From assembly GCA_964390985.1 (NCBI GenBank), contig CAYMKM010000002.1, positions 1-40,895 on the forward strand: 40,895 nucleotides of DNA, in the 5' to 3' direction. This document shows positions 37,324 to 40,895 of the stretch, in pieces. The notes under the pieces were generated by a model, which was given only the letters and a program-made list of their open reading frames with translations, was not told the origin of the DNA and did not search any database. Numbering within the stretch: position 1 is the stretch's first letter; every line of letters begins with the position of its first letter. The translations under genes and the position numbers were made by a program. This DNA comes from an uncultured Clostridia bacterium. Lineage in GTDB: Bacteria > Bacillota > Limnochordia > DTU080.

Positions 37324-37727
37324 TATTCTGCCCCTCCATCTGTTTTAACGAATGGTGCAGGTAGCAATGCATCCAAAGTCATTATCAGTTTGTTTTCCTT
37401 CAAATTTGCCATCACTACTTTTAAATGCGGTGCGAACTCCGCCAACACTTGTCGGCAAGCGCCACATGGCGCCACAGGGTCTTTTGTATCAGCCACTATT
37501 GCAATAGCTACGAACTCCCGCTCCCCTTCAGATACTGCTTTTACTAAAGCAGTGCGCTCGGCACATATGCTAGAGCCATACGCTACATTTTCCACATTAC
37601 ACCCTTGGTATATGCGGCCACTTTTGCCTAACAAGGCCGCCCCCACTTTAAAACCCGAATACGGTGCATAAGCAGCTTGACGAGCCGCAATTGCGCTGGT
37701 CAATACTGCCGTTTCGTTCTCTTGCAC
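37323..37727 (-). CDS. cdd: Cytidine deaminase
   Basis: 'AYAPYSGFKVGAALL', 'CAERTAL' and 'PCGACRQVL' match Cdd. I chose GTG 37727 (CTGGAGGTGA SD, 5-nt spacer). ORF-track TTG 37745 is an alternative. Confidence 0.9.
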   Translation of the reverse strand: MQENETAVLTSAIAARQAAYAPYSGFKVGAALLGKSGRIYQGCNVENVAYGSSICAERTALVKAVSEGEREFVAIAIVADTKDPVAPCGACRQVLAEFAPHLKVVMANLKENKLIMTLDALLPAPFVKTDGGAE

Positions 37728-37747
37728 CCGGTTCACCTCCAGCAAAC

Positions 37748-38455
37748 CTACCCCGCCAATTGAAAGATAATTGCGGTGACTAATATGCCTACAACAGCAC
37801 CCACCACTACATCAAGTGTTGAATGACTGCGGGCTTCTATGCGGCTTTGCGCCACCAGACCTGCAATAGCCAGCGCCAGTAATACTGAGAGCTTACTGGT
37901 ACTGGTGAAAAAAATAGCAGTAGCTAGCGAGAATGCAACTGCAGTATGACCACTAGGCATACTTCTTGGCACCTTAACTACCGTTTGGCTCATCGCCTTT
38001 GCTACTAAAACAATAATTAATACTAGTACAAGACCGACAAATGTCAGAAACGAAGGTGCGGCTATCGGTCGCACAAAAATCTCCTGATGCAGGTTAATTA
38101 ACCGTTCATAGAAAACAAAAAATCCGACGCTAGCTGCAGCTCCGCCAGCGACCAACACTGCGGCAGCAGCCACGTTCTTGGCTATCTTGGCCAAAGGATG
38201 GTACTCTTGCGTTACTAAATCGATAGTACTCTCAATAGCAGTGTTTATTAGTTCGCAACAAATGACTATGCCAATGCATAAGACGACCAATGCTATCTCT
38301 ATCCGATCAAGATTAAAGGCTACAGCAACTAATAAAACCAATACCGCCATCAGCAAATGAACCCGTAGGTTACGCTGTGTGCGATACGCATATGCCAACC
38401 CTTGCAGGGCGTATTTTAGGCTCTCAAAAAAATTGTGCGCCTTAAATTTGCTCAA
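37748..38455 (-). CDS. dgkA: Diacylglycerol/undecaprenol kinase (DgkA) fused to a PAP2-type lipid phosphatase
   Basis: The N-terminal half has 'FKYALQGLAYAYRTQRNLRVH', 'ELINTAIESTIDLV' and 'AKNVAAAAVLV' (DgkA). The C-terminal half has 'SMPSGHTAVAF' and 'SRIEARSHSTLDVVVGA' (PAP2 motifs C2/C3). TTG start forms a TTGA overlap with the ybeY stop. Confidence 0.85.
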   Translation of the reverse strand: MSKFKAHNFFESLKYALQGLAYAYRTQRNLRVHLLMAVLVLLVAVAFNLDRIEIALVVLCIGIVICCELINTAIESTIDLVTQEYHPLAKIAKNVAAAAVLVAGGAAASVGFFVFYERLINLHQEIFVRPIAAPSFLTFVGLVLVLIIVLVAKAMSQTVVKVPRSMPSGHTAVAFSLATAIFFTSTSKLSVLLALAIAGLVAQSRIEARSHSTLDVVVGAVVGILVTAIIFQLAG

Positions 38456-38925
38456 TCAATTGCCTGCCGGGTTAGACCCAACCCCGACAGGATCGCCTCC
38501 TCTCGCATACGCATATCCTGTTGCTCTTGACCACCCTTTTCATGATCGTAACCTAACAAATGCAAAGTGCCGTGCACTGCCAAAAAGGCCAGTTCACGCT
38601 GAATTGAATGGTGATACTCAGTTGCTTGTTCTTGCGCTCGCGGCAACGAAATAATAATATCGCCCAATGTTATAGGCATATCAGCTGTTAAAACCAGATC
38701 AGGCTCATCTGCTTCATTTAAGGCAAAAGAGAGTACATCTGTTGGGGCATCTACCCCTCGCCACTCTCTATTTAAGCTTTGAATTCTTTCATCACTGGTG
38801 AGTAGAACACTCACTTCACCTTGTTTTACACCTTCAACCTGTAGAGTTGTGCTAACAGCACGGCGAATCACGGACTCTGTTTCGGGAGAGGTAGTAGTTA
38901 CTTCATTCGTTATTAACACTTCCAA
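38452..38925 (-). CDS. ybeY: rRNA maturation endoribonuclease YbeY
   Basis: 'LAVHGTLHLLGYDH' is the Zn-binding motif. TTG start lies 6 nt downstream of GGAGAGGTGAG. Confidence 0.93.
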   Translation of the reverse strand: MEVLITNEVTTTSPETESVIRRAVSTTLQVEGVKQGEVSVLLTSDERIQSLNREWRGVDAPTDVLSFALNEADEPDLVLTADMPITLGDIIISLPRAQEQATEYHHSIQRELAFLAVHGTLHLLGYDHEKGGQEQQDMRMREEAILSGLGLTRQAID

Positions 38926-38927
38926 GC

Positions 38928-40895
38928 TTAACTCACCTCTCCGGCATCTGCTTCAGCTTCAGCTAAAACTGTCTTTGGGTATTCAATACGCCGATGAAAT
39001 ATTCCCGTGAGCACCTTAACAAAAGTTTTAGCCATACGGTCCAAATCTTTTAGGGTTAAATCGCTCTCATCAAACTGGCCATCATTAAGGCGTTCACGAA
39101 TCATGTGCCTTACCAGCTCTTCTATACTTTCAGGCGTAGGTCGTTGTAACGATCGCACCGCTGCTTCCACACAATCTGCCAGCATAACAATGGCTGCTTC
39201 CTTAGTCTGTGGTCGAGGACCCGGATAACGATAGTCCTTCTCCTCAACAGGCTCTCCTTGGGCACACTCTTGTGCCTTGTGGTGAAAATAACGGACAATA
39301 TCGTTCCCATGATGCTGCTCAATGATGTCAATAATCTCTTGCGGTAACTTACCTTGCCGTGCCAGTTCAACTCCATCGCTCACGTGCGAAGTAATAATCA
39401 TAGCTGAATAAGCCGGAGTCATATTATCATGCGGGTTCTCGCCACCATATTGATTCTCTATAAAGAAATCGGGCCGCCGCAATTTACCAATGTCATGATA
39501 TTGCGCACCCACCCTGGCTAGTAAAGCATTACCACCAACAGCCTCCGCTGCTGCTTCTGCTAGGTTTCCCACTATCAAGCTATGATGGTAACTCCCCGGC
39601 ACTTCAATTAATAACCTGCGCAATAACGGTTGGTTGGAGTTAGAGAGTTCCAATAACCTAATAGGTGAAGTAATACCAAAGAGCGTCTCCAAATAGGGTA
39701 GTAAACCAATAGCCAATATGGCTGAAACCAATCCGTTGAAAACACCTAACACCGAAAACTTCAATAGGAAAGGTTCGGCGCGGAATAACCCTAGAGCGAT
39801 CAACGCAATAAAATTGACGAAACCCACCACCAACCCGGCGCGGGTCAAATCCATACGCTGACTAACACGCGAAACGCTAAATACCCCTGCTAACCCACCC
39901 GATAGGGCCATTATTACGTATTTGGCATCTTGGCCCATAACCAAGGCAACTATAACAGCCAGAAATAAAACCGCCATTATGGCCAACCGTGAATCAAGTA
40001 AAATAGCTAATAACATACCTGCTAATGCTGTCGGTATAAGATACCCAGTTCCTTCCCATGCAAACAAACTGGCCGCTTTAGCGAAGCATGCTACTACCAA
40101 TAATGTTGAGCCGAGCAAAACTAATGAACGCTGCTGAACAACCAGTGAATGGTTGAATTGAAACACATATACAGCCATCGCTGTTAACAACATCGCCACC
40201 ATAATCACGACGCCTAGTACAGCAAGGTAATTAGCACGGCGATCGAGCAACCCGAGGTCCTTCATCACTTCATAATGCTCAGTTTGAATGAGATCCTTCT
40301 CCCGCACAATAATTTGCCCTTGCTCCACATACACCGGTTGTACCAGCCGTTTTGCTTGCTCAACGAGTTTATCTACTTTGTCGCGATCCAGCGTTAGGTT
40401 AGGGGCAACAACAGCATTTACCACTCCAGCCAGAACCTTCTGCTCGTTAGTTGAACGGTATGCGTCAATTATTTTATCTTCTAAGCGACTACACACTATA
40501 TCAACTTGGTTTTCGCTAATACGCTCACTACGCATAGTATCTACCGAATATTTACGGGCTACGGCTTCCAATGAATCTAAACGACTAGGCGTCAGCTCAA
40601 AAGCAGCCTTTACGACATCAGCAGGTATATCTAGTCCATATTCCTCTTTAATTTTAGCATTCACAGCTTTAGTGTTTTGCTGGGCGTTAGCTGGACCCTT
40701 ATGCAATTCAATGCGCAAAATGTTAAAAATACCTGCTAGTTTCTCTTCGGCTTTATAAGCTGCACTAGGATCTATTTTGTAATTAGTAATGGCAGCGGCT
40801 GCTTCTCTTTGTGCGCTATCGGTAGCTTGTTGACGTAATTGCTCTGTCCGATATTTATTCATTACTCGCCGTGGTGCCACCACATCGCGCCGGGC
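38928..40895 (-). CDS. pgpH: 7TM-receptor HD-domain phosphohydrolase (PgpH/YqfF family), 5' end outside the window
   Basis: An extracellular domain and 7 TM are followed by HD 'HHSLIVGNLAEAAAEAVG', 'GAQYHDIGK' and 'HHG'. The reading frame is open to the window edge and the expected N-terminal TM is missing, so the gene is partial. Confidence 0.88.
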   Translation of the reverse strand, partial: ARRDVVAPRRVMNKYRTEQLRQQATDSAQREAAAAITNYKIDPSAAYKAEEKLAGIFNILRIELHKGPANAQQNTKAVNAKIKEEYGLDIPADVVKAAFELTPSRLDSLEAVARKYSVDTMRSERISENQVDIVCSRLEDKIIDAYRSTNEQKVLAGVVNAVVAPNLTLDRDKVDKLVEQAKRLVQPVYVEQGQIIVREKDLIQTEHYEVMKDLGLLDRRANYLAVLGVVIMVAMLLTAMAVYVFQFNHSLVVQQRSLVLLGSTLLVVACFAKAASLFAWEGTGYLIPTALAGMLLAILLDSRLAIMAVLFLAVIVALVMGQDAKYVIMALSGGLAGVFSVSRVSQRMDLTRAGLVVGFVNFIALIALGLFRAEPFLLKFSVLGVFNGLVSAILAIGLLPYLETLFGITSPIRLLELSNSNQPLLRRLLIEVPGSYHHSLIVGNLAEAAAEAVGGNALLARVGAQYHDIGKLRRPDFFIENQYGGENPHDNMTPAYSAMIITSHVSDGVELARQGKLPQEIIDIIEQHHGNDIVRYFHHKAQECAQGEPVEEKDYRYPGPRPQTKEAAIVMLADCVEAAVRSLQRPTPESIEELVRHMIRERLNDGQFDESDLTLKDLDRMAKTFVKVLTGIFHRRIEYPKTVLAEAEADAGEVS

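Overview
This is a 40.9 kb chromosomal segment that reads like an endospore-forming Firmicute of the Clostridia/Bacilli type. Supporting markers are pro-sigma-K, YqeG/YqeH, IreB/UPF0297, DUF1292 and a Hol118-like holin. GC looks mid-range by eye but was not computed. I call 39 CDS, 35 of them on the minus strand, packed into operons with many 1-11 nt start/stop overlaps. Several ORF-track starts use GTG or TTG, and I re-trimmed a number of 5' ends using Shine-Dalgarno spacing and known N-termini. The core content on the minus strand, listed by increasing coordinate, is aroQ, an aroK/aroB fusion, aroC, yqeH-like, yqeG, sigK, mltG, DUF1292, ruvX, ireB, alaS, an AI-2E transporter, a PRC-barrel protein, rarA, aspS, hisS, a membrane parvulin PPIase, dtd, relA, apt, recJ, yajC, tgt, queA, era, cdd, a dgkA-PAP2 fusion, ybeY and pgpH (5'-truncated by the window end). 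I saw no rRNA, tRNA, CRISPR array, transposase, integrase or T-box leader. Five things are not explained by housekeeping synteny. (1) A wedge of about 6.1 kb splits the normally adjacent queA and tgt. It carries an ABC-2 exporter, a translationally coupled SatD-like/DUF3307 pair and a 633-aa secreted protein. The SatD-like N-terminus carries the ordered motifs of a class III nucleotidyl-cyclase/GGDEF-type palm, so this pair is my best candidate for an uncharacterised system. (2) A two-gene module (actin-fold ATPase plus a bitopic beta-rich envelope protein) sits inside the conserved ireB-ruvX-DUF1292-mltG string. (3) The YqeH GTPase is aberrant. It has no N-terminal zinc finger, carries a basic low-complexity insert of about 100 aa between G1 and G3, has DTPD in place of DTPG, and has new Cys clusters. 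(4) An orphan holin-like gene lies on the opposite strand. (5) There are several small regulatory oddities: a promoter-plus-terminator leader, a palindromic operator-like site, and overlapping coding of an acidic and a basic tail. All functional calls rest on motif-level recognition by eye. No database search was run.
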